Under the pieces are notes generated by a model, which saw nothing but the letters and a program-made list of their open reading frames with translations, searched no databases and was not told where the DNA came from. Positions 9,668 through 19,076 of a stretch of 64,000 bases of DNA are shown piece after piece. Position numbers and translations under genes: made by a program. Location of the stretch: positions 1,842-65,841 of the IMG/VR virus record IMGVR_UViG_2914081374_000001, one strand, 5' to 3'. This stretch comes from a virus. Taxonomy: Duplodnaviria > Caudoviricetes. Numbering within the stretch: the first letter of the stretch is position 1; each line of letters starts with the position of its first letter.

Positions 9668-10597
9668 CTAGTTTTCTTCTGGTTCGAGTTCGGGTTCTTT
9701 AACAGGGGAAGCGATCGCTTCTAGGTAAGTTTTTGCTCCAGCGACAAGTTTTGGTTCAATCTCTCCGATATTTGCGCCAGGAAAGAACTTTCGGTAAGCC
9801 AAAAATAATTTCTTTCTTAGAGTTGTCCCAAACTCGCTACTGCCTTCAATGAAAGCAGATGCGGCGTCTGTTAAGGTTGTATCCTCAAGCTTGACTTTGC
9901 TGAAGAAGTTGGTAAGAGTTTGCTGAATCCCTTTTTCTGTCAAATTGGGAGATCCGGCATTTTTGCCAGACTTGACGCTGGCAAGGTCATTAATCGTTAG
10001 TTCTTCAGCCAGAATTTTGGTGGATTGCTTTTTTGCTTTTGCTGTCGTCGGTTTGTCATTGGTGGCGGTAGCGGATTCCTGGGTTGTTACCTGCTCTGCG
10101 TCCTTGAAAGATTTAGCCCATCGTAGAACAATTTGGTCGAAATGAGTTTCTGCGATCATCTCGCTTGCGTCCTCTTGCGGGTAGATGACGGCTCCAATCC
10201 TGCCAAGCATCATTTTCACTTCTTTGATTGGCTTGCTCGTTACTCTCGCTAAAGTCTCAATTTTTAAGAGCTTTGATTCTTGCGTAACGCTTTCTTGTTC
10301 TGGCTTCTCGATAATTGCAACCATGCTTGTATCTCCTAAGTTATTTTCTAATTTAGCAACAGGAGTGCCAGCGCGGTGCATGTAAATTTCGTAACCCAGC
10401 AAATTTTTGATTTTTTGAGCGATCGCTTTGGAATTTGCTGCCAGTAAAGAAGCAGTGGTATCGTCTCGATATTTAATCACCAGTATTGCTCTTCCACCCG
10501 CAATTATGAGGTATGGGGTTGTGCAGCACAAGGCAAAGCCGATTTCCAAATCGTCTTCAAAGATACGTGATAGCAGGATAGCATTATCGATTTTCAT
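9668..10597 (-). CDS. Hypothetical protein
   Basis: 309 aa ORF. Confidence 0.7.
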   Translation of the reverse strand: MKIDNAILLSRIFEDDLEIGFALCCTTPYLIIAGGRAILVIKYRDDTTASLLAANSKAIAQKIKNLLGYEIYMHRAGTPVAKLENNLGDTSMVAIIEKPEQESVTQESKLLKIETLARVTSKPIKEVKMMLGRIGAVIYPQEDASEMIAETHFDQIVLRWAKSFKDAEQVTTQESATATNDKPTTAKAKKQSTKILAEELTINDLASVKSGKNAGSPNLTEKGIQQTLTNFFSKVKLEDTTLTDAASAFIEGSSEFGTTLRKKLFLAYRKFFPGANIGEIEPKLVAGAKTYLEAIASPVKEPELEPEEN

Positions 10598-10713
10598 AAA
10601 GCCAACTCAAGCGGCAATCTATAATGCCTGCAAGGATTAAGAAATTCTGAAGAGGAGTACAACATTACCACACTTATGTTGTAATCGTATAATTTATAAC
10701 TTTTTGCAGGGAA

Positions 10714-11085
10714 ATGCCTAACCTTTACATATTGAAAAACCGCAAAACGATACTGATGGACGACGAAGAAGCTTGGTATAAATGGATATCAAAAGCCACG
10801 GATTCTGGCAAGCGCATTATTGCCTGCAACAGGCTAGACGAAGATTTACTTGTTGTGACAATGTTTATAGGCATTGATGTCCAGGTGCATGAGGGCGGCT
10901 TCCCGCTGCTATTTGAAACAACCATCAATGGCGGTAACTTTGATGGATATCAAAAAAGATTCTCTACTTACGACCAAGCAGAAGCAGAACACGCCAAAAT
11001 CGTGAAGGCTCTTCTCAGGAATCTTAGATCTGTAGAGCTTTTCCCGTGCCGCTTTGAGCAACGAATTAACCAGAACATCAACTGA
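10714..11085 (+). CDS. Hypothetical phage protein
   Basis: V.T.F.GID...PLLFET.I.GG...R..TY..A...H pattern; first gene of a + strand operon. Confidence 0.7.
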   Translation: MPNLYILKNRKTILMDDEEAWYKWISKATDSGKRIIACNRLDEDLLVVTMFIGIDVQVHEGGFPLLFETTINGGNFDGYQKRFSTYDQAEAEHAKIVKALLRNLRSVELFPCRFEQRINQNIN

Positions 11086-11899
11086 CGAGGCACTTATTAA
11101 TATGTGGCTGCACGGGCGTCCGTTAACCACGACAGATGCTTATCGCCGCAGCGTCCAGCACTTTTTGATTTTTACAGGGAAAACGCTTTCTTTGACGGCA
11201 CTAGAAGACTTGCAATCCTACGCCACGCATCTACACAATTCCGGCATAAAGGAGTCTTCCATCCGCACCAAACTTAATTCGATAAAATCCCTTTTCACCT
11301 TCGCGGCGAAACTCAATTACGTCCGCTTCAACGTCGCCGCTGCACTGCGCATCCCCAAAGGTAATTCGTCCCTGGCAGGCAGGATACTCAAGCAGCAAGA
11401 AGTACTGAAACTGGTTAATTGTCCGGGTTTGAGTTTGCGCGATCGCACTCTCCTTAAGCTCATGTACGCTACCGGGATGCGGGTCAGTGAAGCGTGTCGC
11501 CTCAAGTGGAGCGACTTTCACGAGCGGGATTCAGGGGAAGTGCAAGTCACCGTGCTGGGGAAAGGGAGCAAGTTGCGCACAGTGCTAGTGCCAATTGCGG
11601 TGTGGGTGGAGTTGGTGCAGTTGCGGAGTGAGTCCGAGTTCGTTTTTGCCACAACGAACGGTACTGCTATTGATAGAATCATGGCGCATCGGATAATCAA
11701 AGATGCGGCGACTAAGGCGGGTGTGAATTCAAAGGTATCCGCCCATTGGCTAAGGCACTCACACGCCACGCACGCTTTAGCCAAGGGTGCGCCATTGGTG
11801 CTGATACGAGACAGTTTAGGACATAGCTCCATAGCTGTTTCGGATAAATATTTGCACGCAAATCCTACTGATTCAAGTAGCAATTATCTAGGAATTTGA
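11054..11899 (+). CDS. XerC/D-like tyrosine recombinase
   Basis: N-terminal SAM-like domain; TGMRVSE, GKGSK, HWLRHSH, LGHSS and catalytic Y in KYLH. Confidence 0.93.
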   Translation: MSNELTRTSTDEALINMWLHGRPLTTTDAYRRSVQHFLIFTGKTLSLTALEDLQSYATHLHNSGIKESSIRTKLNSIKSLFTFAAKLNYVRFNVAAALRIPKGNSSLAGRILKQQEVLKLVNCPGLSLRDRTLLKLMYATGMRVSEACRLKWSDFHERDSGEVQVTVLGKGSKLRTVLVPIAVWVELVQLRSESEFVFATTNGTAIDRIMAHRIIKDAATKAGVNSKVSAHWLRHSHATHALAKGAPLVLIRDSLGHSSIAVSDKYLHANPTDSSSNYLGI

Positions 11900-11933
11900 T
11901 ATTATGTTTTATTGCTGTTTTTGTGCGTAAAAC

Positions 11934-12506
11934 ATGCCTCATGTCGCCATTGTACAAATCAAGGGATTAACGCCTTATTCTCAGTCTAAGCCACACCAAA
12001 CTGAAAAATTAAATAAAGAGTCTCCTGATGACTTTGAAAAAAGAACTTGGAAAGAAAAGTTACACTATGACGAGCAAGGTATAATATTCATCCCGCCAAT
12101 GGCTTTTAAGAATTGTATTGCTGAGGCTGCCAAGTATTTGGGCAAAAAAATACCAGGAAAAAGGGGAGCTACTTACACAAAGCACTTTGAAGCAGGCGTT
12201 TTAGTTACAGATCCAAGCTTGCTTGGAATACATAAGGATTTGATAGTTGGAGATTGGATTTTTACCCCCTCCGATGGCGTCAAGGGGTCTGGCAAGCGAG
12301 TACACAAATGCTTTCCCATAATTCCACCAGGTTGGCAGGCGAAAGTGGAATTTTTGATACTTGATGATATTATTACTGAAGGTGTTTTCGTCGAACATCT
12401 AGAACAAGCCGGACAACTCATCGGTATCGGTCGGTTTAGACCCCGTAACGGTGGTTATTACGGACGGTTTGTGATAGAGAAGTTTGATTGGAAACAGATG
12501 AGTTAA
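11934..12506 (+). CDS. Stand-alone RAMP/Cas7-like protein
   Basis: Strand VQIKGLTP, IFIPPMAFKNCI (RAMP IPxxxxKG-like), C-terminal Gly-rich loop GIGRFRPRNGGYYGRF. Confidence 0.75.
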   Translation: MPHVAIVQIKGLTPYSQSKPHQTEKLNKESPDDFEKRTWKEKLHYDEQGIIFIPPMAFKNCIAEAAKYLGKKIPGKRGATYTKHFEAGVLVTDPSLLGIHKDLIVGDWIFTPSDGVKGSGKRVHKCFPIIPPGWQAKVEFLILDDIITEGVFVEHLEQAGQLIGIGRFRPRNGGYYGRFVIEKFDWKQMS

Positions 12507-12507
12507 C

Positions 12508-12635
12508 GACTTCGCTCCTGTCTGCTCCACTCAGGTCTATTCCCGTCTACTCGACTCAAGTCAACTCAAGGCAATCAATTATGAGATTTAACAGTTCTTG
12601 AGACTTCTCGTCTCCGCTCTACTCAAATCAAGGCA
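12508..12635 (+). ncRNA. Putative guide-RNA array with 5-nt periodicity ([C/G]TC-NN)n, two units
   Basis: TC recurs every 5 nt 11 times (12516-12567) and 5 times (12608-12629); both units start GACTT and end TCAAGGCA. Confidence 0.7.
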
Positions 12636-12640
12636 TTTTT

Positions 12641-13129
12641 ATGACAAAGCGTCAACCAGAAACTGAAGCTTTAATATCTTACCTCAAAACTTGTGCTGAT
12701 TCCAAAGCAGTTGCCAATTACGAGGCAATATCAAATGCCGTCGGTTTTGACGTTCTCAAGAACAGGTCGCGCTTGTCAAGAGCGATAGAGGCGTTACAAA
12801 AAGACTACGGCTACGTGGCAACTTGCTTACCTCAAGTCGGATACCAATTTCTAAAGGATGGAGCAGTCATTGATACTGTTGCCAAGCAGTTTGAGTCAAA
12901 AATTAGGAACCAAGTTGAGCGAACAGAATCTCAACTACAAGCTATCGACTGGAATCATCTTAATCCAACTGAAGTCAAAAACGCGATCGCCTGTTCAATT
13001 CGAGTGCAGGCACACCGTCAACTCACTTCACCTTTGTTCAAGCTTGCATCATTCGAGGTGGCTTCTCGAAATGACAAATTTCTGGATTCAGCCAAGGCAG
13101 CGGCGGAGCTAATGAAGGCAATCGGTTAA
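12641..13129 (+). CDS. Winged-helix-like accessory protein
   Basis: YEAISNAVG...LSRAIEALQKDYG...VGYQ wHTH-like pattern; begins right after the array. Confidence 0.6.
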   Translation: MTKRQPETEALISYLKTCADSKAVANYEAISNAVGFDVLKNRSRLSRAIEALQKDYGYVATCLPQVGYQFLKDGAVIDTVAKQFESKIRNQVERTESQLQAIDWNHLNPTEVKNAIACSIRVQAHRQLTSPLFKLASFEVASRNDKFLDSAKAAAELMKAIG

Positions 13130-14151
13130 CTAGGCGTCGTGGGTTCATAATGAATGCATCCTTCACAAGGACCACATGGGTTAATTGCGCATCTGATGTA
13201 TGGCGATCGCGCATTGTACTGGCAACTGGTGTCGCCTATCGCTTTTATCCCCTCGTCGCCGTATCCGCTAAAGTCAAACCCGGCAAAATGAGGCACGCGC
13301 CACATCTCCTCCAACACGGGATACTCTATTCTCTCGCTTCTTCGTAGTGTCCTGGTATTCCTGATCGGAGGTAATGGGCGAGTTGTGGCAACTTCAAGGA
13401 AGTGCCGAAGCATTTGTTCGTCTACCCCTAATGCACGAGCGCCTTGTGTAACTGCTGATTCTTCGGGATGCTCAACTCTTGACGACTGCGGCGCAAAGCT
13501 CGTCCAGATCTTTAGTATTCGCCTACTTGTGTTGACATCTATTTGTATCCGTTCACCGAGAGGAGAGAAAACAAAACGATAAGCACCATCACTTCGTGGT
13601 TGAATATCCAGGATTGCGGCTTGCAAGTGTATCCCGTCGAGTTCTATTGCGCTTCCAAGCTGATTTGATATGCGACACATTGGCGGCAACATTGTTTCAA
13701 TTGTTACTCTATGACCGCCTCCCGCAAAAGTAAATAAGGTTACTTCGCTGACTGGAATTTCTACAGAAAGATCACCTTCTGTGATAGTCAAGAATTTCTG
13801 AGAGGGCGATTCGACGATTTCCCAGTATTGACAGCTATTGTTACCGTGATACTCCAAGAATCGAGAGACGACGTGGTTGGCGGCGCTTGAGTAACCCAAA
13901 TTCAAAAGCATTTTCTCGTCGATGGCGTAATGGAACGCCATTGCTCTGCCGTGTATTCGCCAACAGAAGTGCAGACGCCAGCGGTGATCCATGTAATAAG
14001 CATCGACATCGATTCGTGATTCGATACGCTTTGCGATCGCCTCAATAACCGGGAGGATATTAGAAACACAAACCATATGATGCGCTGTCCGGATTCGTAC
14101 TGCCCAGTTTCGAACCACTATCGTTTCAACCAGATCCATTGCGCTCCACAC
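13126..14151 (-). CDS. Hypothetical protein with C-terminal DUF6464-like Cys-rich domain
   Basis: IGDTSCQYNARSPYIRCAINPCGPCEGC. Confidence 0.7.
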   Translation of the reverse strand: MWSAMDLVETIVVRNWAVRIRTAHHMVCVSNILPVIEAIAKRIESRIDVDAYYMDHRWRLHFCWRIHGRAMAFHYAIDEKMLLNLGYSSAANHVVSRFLEYHGNNSCQYWEIVESPSQKFLTITEGDLSVEIPVSEVTLFTFAGGGHRVTIETMLPPMCRISNQLGSAIELDGIHLQAAILDIQPRSDGAYRFVFSPLGERIQIDVNTSRRILKIWTSFAPQSSRVEHPEESAVTQGARALGVDEQMLRHFLEVATTRPLPPIRNTRTLRRSERIEYPVLEEMWRVPHFAGFDFSGYGDEGIKAIGDTSCQYNARSPYIRCAINPCGPCEGCIHYEPTTPS

Positions 14152-14278
14152 CTCTTAAACCTAGTTGAATTATACCTTATCCAAAATTTCGGACAAATCA
14201 GACAAAAAGCCAGAAGCTTTGTATATAGGGAATTCTGGCTTTACCTCCCGCTTGAGATTCGTACTTAATTTCTAAATA

Positions 14279-14764
14279 ATGTCCAGGAGCAAAGACACAG
14301 ACAAAATAAAGCTCGCCGAAGCCAAATTCATCACAGGTGAATCACCAGAAGACATTGCCGTGCAACTTGGTGTCACTCGGCGCACCATCGATAGATGGGC
14401 AATGGATGGCAACTGGCGCAACTTGCGAGAAGCGAATTCGCAGACTAACGTTGTTCCCATCACATCACGGCAACCAAAACCCAAAACCCAGCATCCATTG
14501 CCTGCTTTTCACTCTATTCGCCATGCAAAAATAGACGACTTGGAGATTATCGAATCAGCACTCTCTCAGTTGCACGCATCGCTACCAGAAGCTGAAGACA
14601 AATCCAAAGGCGCTCTTGCGGGCGCGATCGCACGTCTTGTAGAACTTCGTCGCAAGCTACAGCCCGAAACCGTGCGCGAATTGGCGGAACGAGCAATTGA
14701 GTTAGGCGTTGGTCCCGATGAGTTTCTCCAGGAGTTAAGGAATGCGTGGGCAAGAAGAGCATAA
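14279..14764 (+). CDS. terS: Terminase small subunit (HTH)
   Basis: IAVQLGVTRRTIDRW HTH; overlaps terL. Confidence 0.75.
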   Translation: MSRSKDTDKIKLAEAKFITGESPEDIAVQLGVTRRTIDRWAMDGNWRNLREANSQTNVVPITSRQPKPKTQHPLPAFHSIRHAKIDDLEIIESALSQLHASLPEAEDKSKGALAGAIARLVELRRKLQPETVRELAERAIELGVGPDEFLQELRNAWARRA

Positions 14765-16185
14765 GGCAACAGTGGGAAGATGCGCTCTCACTGCTGGAAG
14801 CTGAAAACAGTGACGATCGCCGCATTCTCAGCTTTCATGAATTTGTTGACAAGGTTTACCCTCGCTACAAGTGGTATCGCCATTGTCAAGTTTTAGCTAA
14901 CGTACTACAGCGTGTAGCAGATGGGGACTTAAAACGAGTAATGGTATTTTTACCTCCTCGGCACGGTAAGAGCGTGCTAGTTTCCAAACTTTTCCCCGGC
15001 TACTTACTCTACCGTCACCCACAAAAATGGGTAGGTTTAAATTCTTATGCTGCCGAACTTTCTTACACCTTTTCCCGCGCATCTCGCGACGCTTATAGGG
15101 AAATGGGCGGAAAAATGCGTGATGACGCGGCAGCTGTCAAGAACTGGGAAACTCCGGACGGCGGAGGATGCTGGGCAGCAGGCGTGGGCGGTCCGATCAC
15201 TGGTAAGGGTTTTGGTAGTGCAGGTATAATCGACGACCCACTAAAAAATGCCAAAGAAGCCTTATCCGCTACTATCAAACGCGGACATCAAGACTGGTAC
15301 GGCTCGACTTTCTACACCAGAGGTGAGCCGGACGCCCCAATTATCTTGGTAATGACGCGGTGGGCAGAAGATGATCTTGCAGGTTGGCTACTGCAGCAAG
15401 AACTAGAAGATGAGCCAGAACACTGGCATATTGTCAACTTCGAGGCAATCAAAGAGGATTGTCCGCCGAAATTTCCATCTACTTGCACTGTTGAGCCGGA
15501 TTGGCGAAGCCCTGGAGAAGCACTTTGTCCGGAGCGCTTCGACTTACCTAAACTCAATCGACTGCAAAAACGACTGGGAAGCTACTTCTTTCAAGCGCTT
15601 TACCAACAACACCCATCACCGGCGGAAGGTAATTACTTTAAGCGATCCTGGTGGCAGTTTTACAAAGTTGCCCCCAGCGACTTTGACATAGTTATTCAGT
15701 CCTGGGATTGCGCTTTTAAAGAAACCAATACCTCGGACTACGTGGTAGGGCAAGTCTGGGGTAAGCGCGGTGGACAGTTTTATTTGCTGGATCAAGTGCG
15801 TGCGCGAATGGATATCAACGCTACGCTACAAGCCATTCGCGCCATGTCCGCCAAATACCCCAATTCCACTGCCAAATTAATCGAGGACAAGGCGAACGGC
15901 ACAGCTGTGATTGACTTGCTGAAGCGAGAAATACCGGGGTTAATTCCCATCGAACCAGAAGGGGGTAAGCAAGTTCGAGCCGTGGCGATCGCTCCCTATG
16001 TGGAAGCTGGTAACGTTTTTCTGCCCGAATCAACTAGCTGGGTAGGAGATTATATTCAAGAATTCAGTGTTTTTCCTAACGGCTCTAACGACGATCAGGT
16101 TGACAGCACTAGTCAAAGTATTATCTGGCTGTCAAGTAGAATTAGCTGCTGGTCGATCAGCCATGAAAATTCGTGGGGCACTTAA
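14746..16185 (+). CDS. terL: Terminase large subunit
   Basis: PPRHGKS Walker A, IIDDP Walker B, SWD, IEDKANG, DDQVD nuclease motifs. Confidence 0.95.
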   Translation: MGKKSIRQQWEDALSLLEAENSDDRRILSFHEFVDKVYPRYKWYRHCQVLANVLQRVADGDLKRVMVFLPPRHGKSVLVSKLFPGYLLYRHPQKWVGLNSYAAELSYTFSRASRDAYREMGGKMRDDAAAVKNWETPDGGGCWAAGVGGPITGKGFGSAGIIDDPLKNAKEALSATIKRGHQDWYGSTFYTRGEPDAPIILVMTRWAEDDLAGWLLQQELEDEPEHWHIVNFEAIKEDCPPKFPSTCTVEPDWRSPGEALCPERFDLPKLNRLQKRLGSYFFQALYQQHPSPAEGNYFKRSWWQFYKVAPSDFDIVIQSWDCAFKETNTSDYVVGQVWGKRGGQFYLLDQVRARMDINATLQAIRAMSAKYPNSTAKLIEDKANGTAVIDLLKREIPGLIPIEPEGGKQVRAVAIAPYVEAGNVFLPESTSWVGDYIQEFSVFPNGSNDDQVDSTSQSIIWLSSRISCWSISHENSWGT

Positions 16186-16279
16186 AATTATTAAAAAATA
16201 ATTAAACTCAAGTACCTCTACTGAGTTAAATATTATCTCAGTAAAGTTAATCTGAGATAATATTCCTCAATAACTAATT

Positions 16280-16969
16280 ATGGTTAAAAGTATAGAAAAA
16301 GCTGGGAATGCAGTCTTAGATCCTATTAAAAAGAGGAATGATTTGGCACAAAGAAACGCAAAGCTCGTGCATAAAGTTGTGCATCAAATGAAAAACTCTT
16401 GTCGTGAGTCTCATGAGGATTTGTACCAAATTGGATTTATAGGACTTCTGAAAGCCGCTAATAGATACAATCCCAAAACAGGCAATGCTTTCAGTTCCTT
16501 CGCTATCCCATATATTCGCGGGGAAATTCAACATTATTTACGAGATCAATGGCAAAGCGTAAAAATCCCCAGATCGGCTTTAGAGCTGAGAGCCAAAGTC
16601 AAGAGAATTAAGAAGTCTCTTGACTCTTTGGGGCGAAATATTGATGAATTGCAAATTGCACTAGGACTAGGGATGGAGGAAAGCCAATGGCGGCTTTTGG
16701 ATAATATTAATAGCAACGTAACAACTAGTCTGGATGAACTAGTTTACGAGTTAAAAGCAGAAGAAGTAGAAAAAGCACCAGAAATAGAAGAACATTTAGA
16801 TAAGCTTCCTTTTCAACAAAAAAATGCTATTTTAGAGAGATTTTTAATTGGATTGAGCATTGAAGAAATTGCCAACCGTAACGGCGTAAGTACGCAGTTA
16901 ATTAGAGCGCGTATAAACATAGGGCTAAGTAAAATTCGCAGAGAAATTAAGTCAAACTATTATGAATAA
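16280..16969 (+). CDS. Sigma-70 family sigma factor, SigF/SigB-like
   Basis: EDLYQIGFIGLLKAANRYNP..G..FSSFAIPYIRGEIQHYLRD and region-4 HTH. Confidence 0.9.
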   Translation: MVKSIEKAGNAVLDPIKKRNDLAQRNAKLVHKVVHQMKNSCRESHEDLYQIGFIGLLKAANRYNPKTGNAFSSFAIPYIRGEIQHYLRDQWQSVKIPRSALELRAKVKRIKKSLDSLGRNIDELQIALGLGMEESQWRLLDNINSNVTTSLDELVYELKAEEVEKAPEIEEHLDKLPFQQKNAILERFLIGLSIEEIANRNGVSTQLIRARINIGLSKIRREIKSNYYE

Positions 16970-17684
16970 AGAAATATGTTTGCAATCGTTGGCAACTAAA
17001 ATAAACGCGGCTGTAGGAAGAGCAGCAGGATTTTACGAGCAAGGTATTAGCAATATCAAAAGTGCGCTACTTTGCGATAAAGAAGCAGGAGAACTGTTAA
17101 TTGAAGCGAAAGTCTCCCTACCTCATGGAGAATTTATCTCCTGGATTGAGAGCAATTGCAGTTTCTCGCGATCGCACGCCCACCGATTGATGTCAATTGC
17201 CAAAAATTGGGAGAAGATCCTCCGCAATTGGGAAGCCAAATGTCCCACATGTGAGACATTTAACGAATCCCCTTTACCTTCACTTAGAGCAGCCCTGGCG
17301 CTAGCTGCTGCCGAACCCAAGCTTGAGAAAGAATCTGCAAGCCAACAAGAATACAAGGTTTCAAACCCCAACCACCCTTGTTTCGGTGAAGTCGTGGAAG
17401 TTACTAAAGAGATGCACCAGGGCGATGTCCTAGTCTGCAAGACTCCAAGTGGCGACGAGTTTCCTTTTTTAAAGAAAGAGTTGATAGCCCCTGATGCACC
17501 AATAGAAGAGGTTTTGGACGTTGAAATCATTGAACCTGTAGCCGACAAATCCGATAAATTACGGGAGACTATTGCACACGTAATCGAGTATCTTCCAGAA
17601 CAAGTACTTCAAGCTCTTCTTTCTCAAGCTCTCTTGATTGGAAGAGAATATTTACCAGAAGACATCGATTTCAAGGTGGCATGA
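16962..17684 (+). CDS. DUF3102-like protein
   Basis: AGELLIEAK..LPHGEF..WI...FS...A.RLM.IA motif. Confidence 0.8.
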   Translation: MNKEICLQSLATKINAAVGRAAGFYEQGISNIKSALLCDKEAGELLIEAKVSLPHGEFISWIESNCSFSRSHAHRLMSIAKNWEKILRNWEAKCPTCETFNESPLPSLRAALALAAAEPKLEKESASQQEYKVSNPNHPCFGEVVEVTKEMHQGDVLVCKTPSGDEFPFLKKELIAPDAPIEEVLDVEIIEPVADKSDKLRETIAHVIEYLPEQVLQALLSQALLIGREYLPEDIDFKVA

Positions 17685-17834
17685 TGATTGATTTATTGAT
17701 AGAAACTACTCACGTTTTGTCTCTTGTCAGCATCGGAATAATTTTAGGCATCCTATTAGTTTATGCCTACTATTATTCGTAGCGACACTGTGCGACAATA
17801 CCTGTGTCGTTTGTTGTCGCTTGTTGTCGCCGCT

Positions 17835-18332
17835 ATGGACAAAGCCGCTGCTGCTAAGTTTTTGGGCGTCTCTCAACGCACTATAGAGAGGTATGTCAAA
17901 GACAAGAAAATTGGCGTGGTTTATGTTAACGGTACGCCAACCTATTCAGAAGAGGAATTGACTCGCTTTAAGGATGAATTACAAGCGCCAATTCATCAAC
18001 CAAGTCTTGCGCCGACAATGAACGACATGGACTTGTCGCCGTTTGTCGCCCCTGCCCAAATCGATGAGGGACTTGAGTGCTTGAAGGCGATCGCGCATCA
18101 TTATTATCTAGTTGGATTGCAATCCAAAATGGTATTGAGCCTGAGCGAAGCCGCTCTAATTTCGGGGATAAGTGAAAAGCTTTTAAGAACGCACATCAAA
18201 GCAGGAAGTTTGAAGGCGATAAGATTAGGTAAAGGTTGGAAATTGCGCCAAGTCGATCTACAAGATTTCGTGGATCAGCTATTTAACCAAGTACCCCTAA
18301 TTGGTGCAAAACCGAACCATCCAACACGGTAG
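17835..18332 (+). CDS. Double HTH (excisionase/MerR-like) DNA-binding protein
   Basis: AAKFLGVSQRTIERY and LSEAA...I..GSLKA.RLGKGWK; ATG at 17835 preferred over 17763. Confidence 0.8.
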   Translation: MDKAAAAKFLGVSQRTIERYVKDKKIGVVYVNGTPTYSEEELTRFKDELQAPIHQPSLAPTMNDMDLSPFVAPAQIDEGLECLKAIAHHYYLVGLQSKMVLSLSEAALISGISEKLLRTHIKAGSLKAIRLGKGWKLRQVDLQDFVDQLFNQVPLIGAKPNHPTR

Positions 18333-18870
18333 TATCAAAGTATCTTCTACCTGAGTCCTGGCACAGCCGCATGAACTTGGCGTGGGATTGAGGATATCTC
18401 CCCACCAAGCAGCCAGCAGACCATTTCCCAACAGTTTCGGGTGCGTAACTGGTTGTGTGCTGATTGATACCGAACCAATTTCCTGTGTCAATGCGATCGC
18501 CTGTGCGGAACCCATCCTTGTTAAAATCGCGATGCACCTTGACATCACCGCATTGTACGATCGCATACTGCCCCTTGTGATTGCCAAATGTCCACGCATC
18601 GAGATATTGCCCAAAAGCAATTCGTGCTGCACCGCCGGGATTCATTGGGAATTTGGTGTACCAAATTCCTGGCTCCGTAGTTGCCTGATTACAAAGCAGG
18701 ATCTCACCATCATCGCGGATGACGCAACGCACATCGTTCCAGTAATCTATTTTGTCGTCATTGAGGGCGAAAGTATCGGGATCTACGCCTTCAATGTAGA
18801 CAATGTTGTAGGCGCGAATTCGGAATTTTTCCGACTGTAAATATTCGAGAATTTTTAAGCCTGCGCTCAT
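18283..18870 (-). CDS. Putative endolysin/peptidoglycan-acting enzyme
   Basis: GINQH...WSAGC His/Cys motif resembling cyanobacterial peptidoglycan-binding-protein catalytic domains. Confidence 0.6.
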   Translation of the reverse strand: MSAGLKILEYLQSEKFRIRAYNIVYIEGVDPDTFALNDDKIDYWNDVRCVIRDDGEILLCNQATTEPGIWYTKFPMNPGGAARIAFGQYLDAWTFGNHKGQYAIVQCGDVKVHRDFNKDGFRTGDRIDTGNWFGINQHTTSYAPETVGKWSAGCLVGRYPQSHAKFMRLCQDSGRRYFDTTVLDGSVLHQLGVLG

Positions 18871-19076
18871 TTTATTAACTTAATAAAGTTAATAGTTGAA
18901 TTCCCGTGCTTGACGTTTTTAATTCTTAAGCTAAAATCGAAAAATGCTTGGGTGAGCAATTATAAAAACAAAATTTAAATTCAAAATGTGTTGACTTTTT
19001 GCCTTTATGACGCGCCTCCGCGTCTTTTTTTTTGGGACGGGAACAATGCGTTGCGATACTCTAACTAATAAACGCA

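Noticed and set aside
11920-11933. Partial gapped match (TTnGTnCGnAAnAC versus TT GT CG TA AA) of array unit 2 just upstream of the Cas7-like start
   Set aside because: Only 8 of 10 positions match, which is expected by chance in 64 kb; autoregulation cannot be claimed
12508-12635. Array read as a canonical CRISPR or a simple microsatellite
   Set aside because: No repeat-spacer units of 25-40 nt, and the variable dinucleotides differ between pentamers, unlike slippage repeats
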